DNA of 64,000 nt from an uncultured virus (IMG/VR IMGVR_UViG_3300042691_030539) (lineage: Duplodnaviria > Heunggongvirae > Uroviricota > Caudoviricetes), in the IMG/VR virus record IMGVR_UViG_3300042691_030539, one strand, 5' to 3'. Shown piece by piece: positions 54,351-61,461 of the stretch (position 1 is the first letter of the stretch; every line of letters starts with the position of its first letter). The notes under the pieces were generated by a model, which was not told the origin of the DNA, did not search any database, and saw only the letters and a program-made list of their open reading frames with translations. The position numbers were made by a program, and so were the translations under genes.

Positions 54351-54761
54351 ATGTTTGTACCAAATCATCTTCATTTATTAGTAAAGGGTTATTTAAAATC
54401 GCCTCCAAAGAATGAAAAAATTCTAAATACATTTTTCAAACAATTGGTAAATAGAGTTAGGATGAAGGTTGTTGCAGGACCTACATCCGTATATGTATCG
54501 GAACCTGGAAATGAAGGTATGACTGGAACTGTCACATTAGCAACATCACATGCATCAATTCATGTATGGGATAACGAACATCCGGCAATGTTTCAATTCG
54601 ACTTGTATAGTTGTTCTGAATTCACAGCAAAGGAAGTTTTGGATGAAATAAACCTATGGTTTGGATTAGAATCCGCACATTGGGTTATGTTTGATAGAAA
54701 TGGAGAACGATTCTTAAAAATAGATGGTGGTGATATAATTAAAAAAAATGAGAAACATTAA
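54351..54761 (+). CDS. speD: S-adenosylmethionine decarboxylase proenzyme-like
   Basis: HLL, G.TG...LATSHASIH.W, DLYSC. Confidence 0.82.
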   Translation: MFVPNHLHLLVKGYLKSPPKNEKILNTFFKQLVNRVRMKVVAGPTSVYVSEPGNEGMTGTVTLATSHASIHVWDNEHPAMFQFDLYSCSEFTAKEVLDEINLWFGLESAHWVMFDRNGERFLKIDGGDIIKKNEKH

Positions 54762-55260
54762 GTTTGTAGATTCTAAAAAAGAATTTGAACTCATAGATAA
54801 AATTGGAAAGGAATTAATCCAATCAGGATATAACGCATCTAACTCTATTATTATAACCGTTTCCACAGATTATAGTTCAATCATCGGACAAATATTACGG
54901 CATCAATTAAGCCACGCTGGAGAGATTGTGGATGGGTTTGGTATTGATGTTCCGTACCCAGATGAACAATGGGATGAAATATATCGTACTAAATTGGCGG
55001 CTGATTTACAAAACAATTCAAAAAATGTTTATGGTAAAAATATACTATTGGTAGAAGCCGGGGTGATACGTGGGAGTAACTATGAATATGTTGTTAATTA
55101 TATGAATAAATGGTTGGGAATAAATAACAATATCATAACCGTTGCTATGTTTGAAAATATAAGTTCAAAATGGGAAAGTGATTTTGTGGGTGAATATTAC
55201 GATGATACTTTTGAAGATTTGACTTTTTGGTGGGAGAGAGAAAATAAACATTGGAAATAA
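54748..55260 (+). CDS. Type I phosphoribosyltransferase-like protein
   Basis: KNILLVEAGVIRG (variant PRPP loop), C-terminal FWWE. Confidence 0.65.
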   Translation: MRNIKFVDSKKEFELIDKIGKELIQSGYNASNSIIITVSTDYSSIIGQILRHQLSHAGEIVDGFGIDVPYPDEQWDEIYRTKLAADLQNNSKNVYGKNILLVEAGVIRGSNYEYVVNYMNKWLGINNNIITVAMFENISSKWESDFVGEYYDDTFEDLTFWWERENKHWK

Positions 55261-55261
55261 T

Positions 55262-55292
55262 TTTGCCAATTCAAAAAGTTTCTTTATATTGA
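55262..55292 (+). promoter_or_regulatory. Bacteroidota-type promoter
   Basis: TTTG-19 nt-TATATTGA. Confidence 0.55.
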
Positions 55293-55297
55293 AATAA

Positions 55298-55738
55298 ATG
55301 AAGATAAAAAATTGGAATAAGCTAATCGGTGAAAACGTTACAATATTGGGTAGTAGCTTTTTTATAAATGAAGTAGAAGATATACCTACACAATACAAAG
55401 CATCTTTCTTTGATGCATATTCTTTAAAAAAAACATTTGATGTTATTCTACACAAAAAAGATGATTGGTTTGATTTGAGATGTGAATTTCATATAGATAC
55501 TTTGCCAGTCATAAATAAGCAAACAATTAGGGCGGTATTGAGAAAGAATGATATGATAACAATGAATTCATTTATTAATACAATTAACAGATTATTTACA
55601 AAGAATAATATAATTTATTCTTATTTTCAACTTATTGCAGAAGCACAAAAAATAAATAAAAACAAAAATAAATTAAAGATTTCAAATGGTGGTGGTACAT
55701 ATGGAATACCCACCGGTAGTTTAATTTCTAAAATTTAA
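55298..55738 (+). CDS. Hypothetical protein
   Basis: ORF directly after promoter. Confidence 0.6.
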   Translation: MKIKNWNKLIGENVTILGSSFFINEVEDIPTQYKASFFDAYSLKKTFDVILHKKDDWFDLRCEFHIDTLPVINKQTIRAVLRKNDMITMNSFINTINRLFTKNNIIYSYFQLIAEAQKINKNKNKLKISNGGGTYGIPTGSLISKI

Positions 55739-55748
55739 AAATGTAAAA

Positions 55749-55913
55749 ATGAAAATCAAGGATGTAGATCGTTTTTTAAGAGAAGAAACTTATGATGTGA
55801 AAATTGGGAAGAAAAAGCCAAAGAAAATGAAAGCTGAAGAGTTTCATAAAAACGCAAAAAAACCGATTGATAAGAAAAAATGGAAAGATAGTCAACATTT
55901 AAGTAATTTTTAA
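55749..55913 (+). CDS. 54-aa Lys-rich protein (not in ORF track)
   Basis: MKIKDVDRFLREETYDVKIGKKKPKK...; fills gap. Confidence 0.55.
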   Translation: MKIKDVDRFLREETYDVKIGKKKPKKMKAEEFHKNAKKPIDKKKWKDSQHLSNF

Positions 55914-55933
55914 ATAGTTATATAAAAAATAAA

Positions 55934-56098
55934 ATGGAAACATTAGACATTATTTTGGTAGCAATAGCATTATCCGTAATAGTAGGAATAGGAATCTATA
56001 TTGCTTTTCAGAAAAAAGTAGAAAAAGCAAAGGGTGATGGACCGGTACTTCGACCAGAAGATGAGACCGATACCGATATCACCGGTTCTATTTATTAA
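55934..56098 (+). CDS. 54-aa single-TM protein (not in ORF track)
   Basis: METLDIILVAIALSVIVGIGIYIAFQKK... Confidence 0.6.
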   Translation: METLDIILVAIALSVIVGIGIYIAFQKKVEKAKGDGPVLRPEDETDTDITGSIY

Positions 56099-56106
56099 AA
56101 ACATAT

Positions 56107-56475
56107 GGGGATGTTTGGTATTGATTGCCATGCGAATGGTAGTACCACACGTAGTGGGATGGTTCTCCAACCACTTTAATATCGGAACAAAACAATAAAT
56201 GACGAAATGTCAACTATGACCTTCGATGACCTTATGGCCTTCGTTGGTGCTGATTACGCAGTAGCTGCCTAATCCCTCCCGCACACATCGTGGGACTTTA
56301 AAAAGAATGTGAAACCAATGTGGCGTAGGAGCCGAATCGAACTCCTACCACTGTCGGCTAACACGGTGTGAAAATGTTAGATAGGTGCTTATTCCGAATA
56401 ATGAGATAAACGTGTGAAACGCTGGTATTATGATTACTTGGTAAGACACGGGTTCGACTCCCGTCATCTCCACTA
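56107..56475 (+). ncRNA. ssrA: tmRNA
   Basis: Acceptor GGGGATG/CATCTCC-A with G3.U70, T-arm GGTTCGACTCC, tag ORF 56201-56272 DEMSTMTFDDLMAFVGADYAVAA*. Confidence 0.93.
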
Positions 56476-56485
56476 ACCTAAAACG

Positions 56486-56547
56486 TTGATTATCAATGAG
56501 TTACGCACTTTACATTTATTTGTAATATATAACTCATTGACAATCAA
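56486..56547. repeat. 18-bp inverted repeat
   Basis: TTGATTATCAATGAGTTA ... TAACTCATTGACAATCAA, one mismatch. Confidence 0.85.
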
Positions 56548-56573
56548 TTAGTTGGAAGATATTTTAAAAAAGA

Positions 56574-56605
56574 TTTGGTAGTTCAAAAAACTTTTCGTAT
56601 ATTTG
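56574..56605 (+). promoter_or_regulatory. Bacteroidota consensus promoter
   Basis: TTTG-20 nt-TATATTTG. Confidence 0.8.
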
Positions 56606-56608
56606 GAT

Positions 56609-57166
56609 ATGCCAAACAAAAATATCAACACCTACATTGATTTTTACGAATCAAAAATTGATGAAGCAACCCGTTGGGGTAAAAAAGGTAAAATGGGAAT
56701 GGTTAGGTCAACTATGAAAGATTCGGTAGAGTTACTACTTGATCTTATATGGAAAACCGAAAAGGGTGGAGAATCGAAGAAAAATGATTTTGTTGATTCG
56801 ACATCAAAAAATGGATATGTACTTAAATTTCAGGTAGATAGACATTTATATACCAAAAAATTGGTTGGGTTATGTGAGTGTAAGGCGTATTTGGATAGAT
56901 GTTTTATGGAAAGAGCGAGTTCCGATTTTGGAAGGATTAAAAATGGAGTAAAAGAAAAACCTAAAACATTTATTTTGGCATTGGAAGATGCAGTTGGTAG
57001 TGAAGCATATAATTATTATATGGATGAAGGAAACATTGATAAAGTGTTTTATCTTTTGGATGGTAAAAGAAGTCCGAAGAAACCAATTTGGAAACCGAAG
57101 TTTAGAAAAAGTATAAATGTAGAGAAATTGGAAGATTTTGTTTCATTTATACAAAATATAAAATAG
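56609..57166 (+). CDS. Restriction-endonuclease-like PD-(D/E)XK protein (start revised to ATG 56609)
   Basis: E...QVD...ECKAYLD motif. Confidence 0.65.
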   Translation: MPNKNINTYIDFYESKIDEATRWGKKGKMGMVRSTMKDSVELLLDLIWKTEKGGESKKNDFVDSTSKNGYVLKFQVDRHLYTKKLVGLCECKAYLDRCFMERASSDFGRIKNGVKEKPKTFILALEDAVGSEAYNYYMDEGNIDKVFYLLDGKRSPKKPIWKPKFRKSINVEKLEDFVSFIQNIK

Positions 57167-57186
57167 TTCTTTATATATTATTATAT

Positions 57187-57258
57187 TGTGGGGTAGAGCA
57201 GTGGTAGCTCACTAGGCTCATAACCTAGGGGTCGTTGGTTCGAATCCATCCCCCGCAA
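57187..57258 (+). tRNA. tRNA-Met(CAT), initiator-like
   Basis: TGTGGGG/CCCCGCA acceptor, CTAGG-CTCATAA-CCTAG, fMet-like D arm GAGCAGTGGTAGCTC. Confidence 0.88.
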
Positions 57259-57268
57259 CAAAAAAAGA

Positions 57269-57300
57269 TTTGGTAGTTTGAAAAAATTATCCTATCTTAC
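57269..57300 (+). promoter_or_regulatory. Bacteroidota-type promoter
   Basis: TTTG-20 nt-TATCTTAC. Confidence 0.6.
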
Positions 57301-57301
57301 A

Positions 57302-57417
57302 TTTAAGATGATTGGTTGAAGCCAATAGTAATAAAACCGACTATGTGACTCATAAAACATTAGTTTGAATAACAAGAGTGAAATCAAACTATAAAGCCGG
57401 AAACTAATTATCTTAAA
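57302..57417 (+). ncRNA. Unidentified ~115-nt structured RNA
   Basis: 16-bp closing stem with two G.U pairs, internal hairpins, own promoter. Confidence 0.6.
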
Positions 57418-57435
57418 AAGTTTTTTGAAAATAAA

Positions 57436-57467
57436 TTTGGTGATGTAAAAAATGTTTCGTATATTAC
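57436..57467 (+). promoter_or_regulatory. Bacteroidota-type promoter
   Basis: TTTG-20 nt-TATATTAC. Confidence 0.65.
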
Positions 57468-57471
57468 ATAA

Positions 57472-57519
57472 GTAAATGAGAAACAATAGGTGATGAAAGA
57501 TACTCGTTATCAAATTTAC
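57472..57519 (+). ncRNA. Unidentified ~48-nt hairpin RNA
   Basis: GTAAAT/ATTTAC and GGTGATGA/TCGTTATC stems directly after a promoter. Confidence 0.4.
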
Positions 57520-57538
57520 AAAAAAAGTTTTAAAAATA

Positions 57539-57570
57539 TTTGGCGATTTAAAAAATTATTCATATATTTA
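57539..57570 (+). promoter_or_regulatory. Bacteroidota-type promoter for the large ncRNA
   Basis: TTTG-20 nt-TATATTTA; boxA-like AGTTCTTTAA at 57597. Confidence 0.65.
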
Positions 57571-57614
57571 TAAAACAACGGAGAGAAATCTTCAATAGTT
57601 CTTTAAAAGATTGA

Positions 57615-58477
57615 AAGTATTACACATAGTAGACTTGTTCTACATAGTGTACGACCGCCGCCTATGGTGGTTAAATAAACTACGAAAGTAGGATAAAGTG
57701 AGTGTGCTTGGTTTAGTACATTTGCGGCATCAGAAATGGTGCTTGAGTAGGCAAGTGGGATATCATTTGAGCTTTGTACGAAAGGGTAACACTATATCGG
57801 AAGAGTTTGAGTGACCAGGGATATGTAGAATCTTTGGTTGAGTTGGGAACAGCAATAAGAATAACCCATAGAATGCCTGTGAGAAGTATGAGGCTAATCA
57901 CCTTATACCATTGCGACATTCAATTTCAGAGTAAACTTAAAACCAAGCTATCCGAAAGGACGTAAGGTAAGTTGATGTACAGGTGGTGCTGTTATTAACC
58001 TTTAATGTGGGACACCAATCCCTATTAATGAAGTGGACTTAAAAAATGGTACTGACGATAGTACATTGGGTAGTTTAGTATTCTCTCGCTCAAAAGGTGG
58101 GGGAGCTGGTTGGCAAGCCACTACCTGAACAATCTACAAACCAAATTATTTGCATTGAGATTGCATAATCATTAAATCAAATAAGCATAAGTGCTTGCCA
58201 GTTACGGACGAAAGGTGTCTACATAGTATTGAGTTGTTCAATGCCACGATACCTCCGCAAGAGGTCTGTGATTGTAACGAAAAGTTTCTAACACCGCAAG
58301 TGTGAATTTGCTCGGCAGGGTAAAAGAAATGGAGTAATTACAGAGTAGTCAGTAACTTAATGAGTGGTTAGCATTACTAACCGACACTGAACGAATACCA
58401 TTCAAAAGATGGTGGATAAGAAAGGAACTAATAATCTTTCTAAAGGTTGTTCAACCCAACGAGTAATCTCATCGTTT
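57615..58477 (+). ncRNA. Large structured ncRNA, GOLLD-like (~860 nt)
   Basis: No credible ORF, higher GC, many GNRA-type hairpins (CTACGAAAGTAG, TCCGAAAGGA, ACCTCCGCAAGAGGT, ACACCGCAAGTGT), long-range GGCAAGT/GCTTGCC, ends just before a tRNA; family call from size and context. Confidence 0.65.
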
Positions 58478-58482
58478 TATAA

Positions 58483-58553
58483 GCGGAGTTAGTGTAACGA
58501 TAGCACATCGGACTTCCAGTTCGAAGGATGTGGTTTAATTCCATGGCCCCGCT
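58483..58553 (+). tRNA. tRNA-Gly(TCC), atypical
   Basis: TCGGA-CTTCCAG-TTCGA; acceptor A.C mismatch; T-loop TTTAATT. Confidence 0.75.
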
Positions 58554-58558
58554 CACAT

Positions 58559-58841
58559 AGTCAGTTTGCAGTAAAAGCTCGAATGGTGAGGTTAAAAAAG
58601 CAGTTGTGACTTTAAATAAACAAAAAAATTTGTAACTATTCACATTCATCGTGGTCAATTTAGCAATGTGTTCTGATAACCGAACCTACAAGCAGTTTAT
58701 GACCCAAAATAAAAAACTAAAAAGTGTGGAGTTATTAGTTTTCGGGGAGGTTTTATACCTTTAAAAACGTAATCTTTAACGATAGGATTGCCGGTTAAGT
58801 AGTAGGCCACTGCATAGAGTTACCGCTCCCCATTTAACTCT
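58559..58841 (+). ncRNA. Unidentified ~280-nt structured RNA
   Basis: Two similar tandem domains (AGTCA..TGACT; GGTCA..TGACC) plus four further hairpins; no ORF. Confidence 0.45.
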
Positions 58842-58869
58842 AAATTTTTAAAACATATACTTATTATAA

Positions 58870-58938
58870 ATGAAATCTTTAACAACACATACAACGATTT
58901 GTAACCCGATTATTTGGGAAATTTCTGTGCCCTGTTAA
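58870..58938 (+). CDS. Attenuator leader peptide MKSLTTHTTICNPIIWEISVPC (not in ORF track)
   Basis: 22 codons; its stop codon lies inside the antiterminator strand. Confidence 0.7.
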   Translation: MKSLTTHTTICNPIIWEISVPC

Positions 58939-58963
58939 GGATGATTTATTTATTAAAATAATT

Positions 58964-58996
58964 AAAACCCCTTAACGATTGTTTAGGGGTTTTTTA
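58964..58996 (+). terminator. Attenuator terminator (3:4) upstream of tRNA-Ile
   Basis: AAAACCCCTTAAC-GATT-GTTTAGGGGTTTT then T-rich tail. Confidence 0.85.
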
Positions 58997-59006
58997 TTTT
59001 ATACAT

Positions 59007-59080
59007 TGGAATATAGCTCAATTGGTTAGAGCATCCGTCTGATACGCGGAAGGTTGTAGGTTCGATTCCCACTATTCCAA
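59007..59080 (+). tRNA. tRNA-Ile(GAT)
   Basis: TGGAATA/TATTCCA; TCCGT-CTGATAC-GCGGA. Confidence 0.93.
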
Positions 59081-59140
59081 CTATGTTTTGTAGTAAAGGT
59101 GTCAGGTTAAAACTGACATATAAACTATAAAACATAAAAC

Positions 59141-59211
59141 ATCCGCATGGTGAAATGGTATCATAACGGTCTCCAAAACCGCTGTTCCGAGTTCGAATCT
59201 TGGTGTGGGTG
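59141..59211 (+). tRNA. tRNA-Trp(CCA)
   Basis: ATCCGCA/TGTGGGT-G; CGGT-CTCCAAA-ACCG. Confidence 0.88.
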
Positions 59212-59224
59212 CAAATGGAAAAAT

Positions 59225-59506
59225 ATGCTAAACGAATTAAAACAATTGTGGAAAGAAACCGATACCATTCAAAAAATAATGATGGTTGTATTTTTACCTA
59301 TTGGAATAGTTGTTGGCATAATATATGGTTTATGGTTGATATTTTGGAACGTATATGGCATTACGTTTATATGTGGAATGGTACTACTCCAATCAACCGA
59401 TACACCCGAAGAAGGGTGGCAACGAGGGCAGGCAGTGGGAACATTGGTAGGATTAATTCTCTTAATAATAAGAGCTGTAAAATCAAATAATAAAAAAGAA
59501 AATTAA
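59225..59506 (+). CDS. Membrane protein (start revised to ATG 59225)
   Basis: Three hydrophobic segments; the longer track ORF runs through tRNA-Trp. Confidence 0.65.
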   Translation: MLNELKQLWKETDTIQKIMMVVFLPIGIVVGIIYGLWLIFWNVYGITFICGMVLLQSTDTPEEGWQRGQAVGTLVGLILLIIRAVKSNNKKEN

Positions 59507-59507
59507 A

Positions 59508-59771
59508 ATGAAAACATTCAAAGATTTAGTATTTAAACCACATCCTATACATTCGGATGGGATTGTATCTCGATTGGAATTTGATAACGGATATGGGGTT
59601 TCAGTAGTTAGACATTCATCATCTTATGGGTATGATAGGGGTTTATACGAAATGGCAGTATTAAAGGATAATCAGATTCATTACGATAATCCGATAGCAA
59701 AGGGCGATGTAGTGGGTTGGTTACGGGATGAAGATGTAACCGATGCAATGTTAATTATTCAAAGTTGGTAA
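59508..59771 (+). CDS. Conserved phage hypothetical protein
   Basis: FDNGYGVSVV....SYG...GLYEMAVL motif. Confidence 0.75.
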   Translation: MKTFKDLVFKPHPIHSDGIVSRLEFDNGYGVSVVRHSSSYGYDRGLYEMAVLKDNQIHYDNPIAKGDVVGWLRDEDVTDAMLIIQSW

Positions 59772-59772
59772 A

Positions 59773-60297
59773 ATGAGACGTAAGATTATATTCATAGATA
59801 TTGATGGACCTTTAGCATGGGGAACATGGGGTGATGGTAGAGTTCAAATGCACAACGATGGTATGGAATATAATATACCATATCCATGGGTGCATGAAGA
59901 TTGTGATGCATTACAAAAGATAACTGATGAAACAAATGCATCACTAGTGGTTAGTTCTGATTGGAGAAAGCATTTTGGTTTTCTTCAATTAAGACGTATC
60001 TTCCAATACTATGGTATCTACGCACCTATTGTGGATATAACAACACATCAGGACTTATGGAATAGAATGAGTAGACCTTCTGCAGAATGGGAAAGAGCAT
60101 CTGAAATTGTAAAGTGGGCTAAAGATAATAAAGTATCTAATTGGATTTCAATTGATGATATGAAGTTAGACCACCAATACAAATGGATGAAACCCAGAAT
60201 ACCAATGTGGAGACATGTACAGGTTGATGGTGATTGGGGAGTTGGTGGTAGATTGAGAGATAAAGTAGATGAATGCATTGAAAAATTAAATAGGTAG
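59773..60297 (+). CDS. HAD-domain protein (Swiss-Army-Knife RNA-repair-like)
   Basis: IFIDIDGPL, VVSSDWR, R..EI..W, SIDD. Confidence 0.8.
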   Translation: MRRKIIFIDIDGPLAWGTWGDGRVQMHNDGMEYNIPYPWVHEDCDALQKITDETNASLVVSSDWRKHFGFLQLRRIFQYYGIYAPIVDITTHQDLWNRMSRPSAEWERASEIVKWAKDNKVSNWISIDDMKLDHQYKWMKPRIPMWRHVQVDGDWGVGGRLRDKVDECIEKLNR

Positions 60298-60298
60298 T

Positions 60299-60369
60299 GG
60301 TGGGTTGGCCGAGCGATTAGGCGGAGGTCTGCAAAACCTTCCACACAGGTTTGAACCCTGTACCCACCT
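60299..60369 (+). tRNA. tRNA-Cys(GCA)
   Basis: GGTGGGT/ACCCACC-T; GAGGT-CTGCAAA-ACCTT; T-loop TTTGAAC. Confidence 0.88.
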
Positions 60370-60380
60370 CTACTTGATAT

Positions 60381-60452
60381 GGTGACTGTAGCCTAATGGT
60401 AGGGCGAAAGTTTGTGGCACTTTATGTGAGAGTTCGATTCTCTCCGGTCACA
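60381..60452 (+). tRNA. tRNA-His(GTG)
   Basis: G-1, GTGACTG/CGGTCAC; AAAGT-TTGTGGC-ACTTT. Confidence 0.88.
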
Positions 60453-60487
60453 CAAAAGTAAAAATTTTAATATTTAAAAAAAACAAA

Positions 60488-60895
60488 ATGAAAAAAACGT
60501 TACTAACAATTATCTTATCTCTGATTCTATTGATAGGTTCTGCACAAACCAACGAAGCTTACTATAAGGCAGTTTCGACTGAACTTTATGTGAAGAATGA
60601 ATACACTAATGCTTGGGATATATACCAAAAAAATGCAACTACAAATATAACGGTTGTCATTGAAGAAAACTTTGTATCAATACAGGCACAAAAACCAACT
60701 ATATATAGAATTTATAAAGATGAGATTCAACAAATCAACACCGATAAACTAATTGGATCCAGATACACCGCAAAGGATTTAAAAACAAATGAGTGGTGTA
60801 CAATTGATGTGGTTAGAAGTAAATCGGAAGATAATGGATTTTATTTGATAAGTATAATTGTTGGTAAAATCAATTTAAGATATTTTGTACAATAA
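60488..60895 (+). CDS. Secreted hypothetical protein
   Basis: Signal peptide ending GSA-Q. Confidence 0.7.
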   Translation: MKKTLLTIILSLILLIGSAQTNEAYYKAVSTELYVKNEYTNAWDIYQKNATTNITVVIEENFVSIQAQKPTIYRIYKDEIQQINTDKLIGSRYTAKDLKTNEWCTIDVVRSKSEDNGFYLISIIVGKINLRYFVQ

Positions 60896-60912
60896 AAATT
60901 AAAAATTAAGTT

Positions 60913-61458
60913 ATGAAAAAATTAATCCTGTCCCTATCGTTTATTTTAGTAACCCTTTTTGGTCAATCACAAAGTTCTGCAGAGAATGCACTATTTAGAA
61001 TAGAAGCAATGGGTTGGTCCGGCACAAACTATGTAGTGAAGTTAACAAACAAAGTTAATTGTGAAACAACATTTAGATTTAATTATACGGGTGGAGTAAA
61101 AGATACAACACTTTCTGCAAATGTAACTAGTATGATTTTGTTACCGAACATGAGTACAAATGCCGTAAGTATAAAAGTTAAAAGACAAAGTGGAGCGGTG
61201 TGTTTGAATGGAGTTAGTAATGATTGGACAGAAATAAGTGTCCTACAAATAGCATTACCGATTAAGTTCAAATCCATATCAGTTAGAAGAATAAGTAGTA
61301 AGTCGGTTCGATTGGATTTTGAATCGGAAGAAGATAATACAATTGAAAAGTATCACATCAAAATTAGTACAGATGGAAAGCTTTGGAAAGATGTAATGGT
61401 TATATTCCCAAATGGGGTACAAGGAAGTAAAAAATATTCAGTAACAATTAATTTATAA
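60913..61458 (+). CDS. Secreted protein ending in an incomplete Ig-like (LPxxF-type) domain
   Basis: Signal peptide; LPIKFKSI....VRLDF....Y.I..STDGK.W.....Y. Confidence 0.65.
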   Translation: MKKLILSLSFILVTLFGQSQSSAENALFRIEAMGWSGTNYVVKLTNKVNCETTFRFNYTGGVKDTTLSANVTSMILLPNMSTNAVSIKVKRQSGAVCLNGVSNDWTEISVLQIALPIKFKSISVRRISSKSVRLDFESEEDNTIEKYHIKISTDGKLWKDVMVIFPNGVQGSKKYSVTINL

Positions 61459-61461
61459 GGT

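Noticed and set aside
57472..57519. Hammerhead ribozyme (TGATGA and GAAAC present)
   Set aside because: The core lacks the C of CUGANGA and the three stems cannot be assembled.
57713..57965. Short ORFs inside the large ncRNA
   Set aside because: Composition is atypical for this genome and they overlap dense RNA structure, so they are likely spurious.
59147..59490. ORF starts at 59147 and 59200
   Set aside because: Both begin inside tRNA-Trp; ATG 59225 gives a clean membrane protein.
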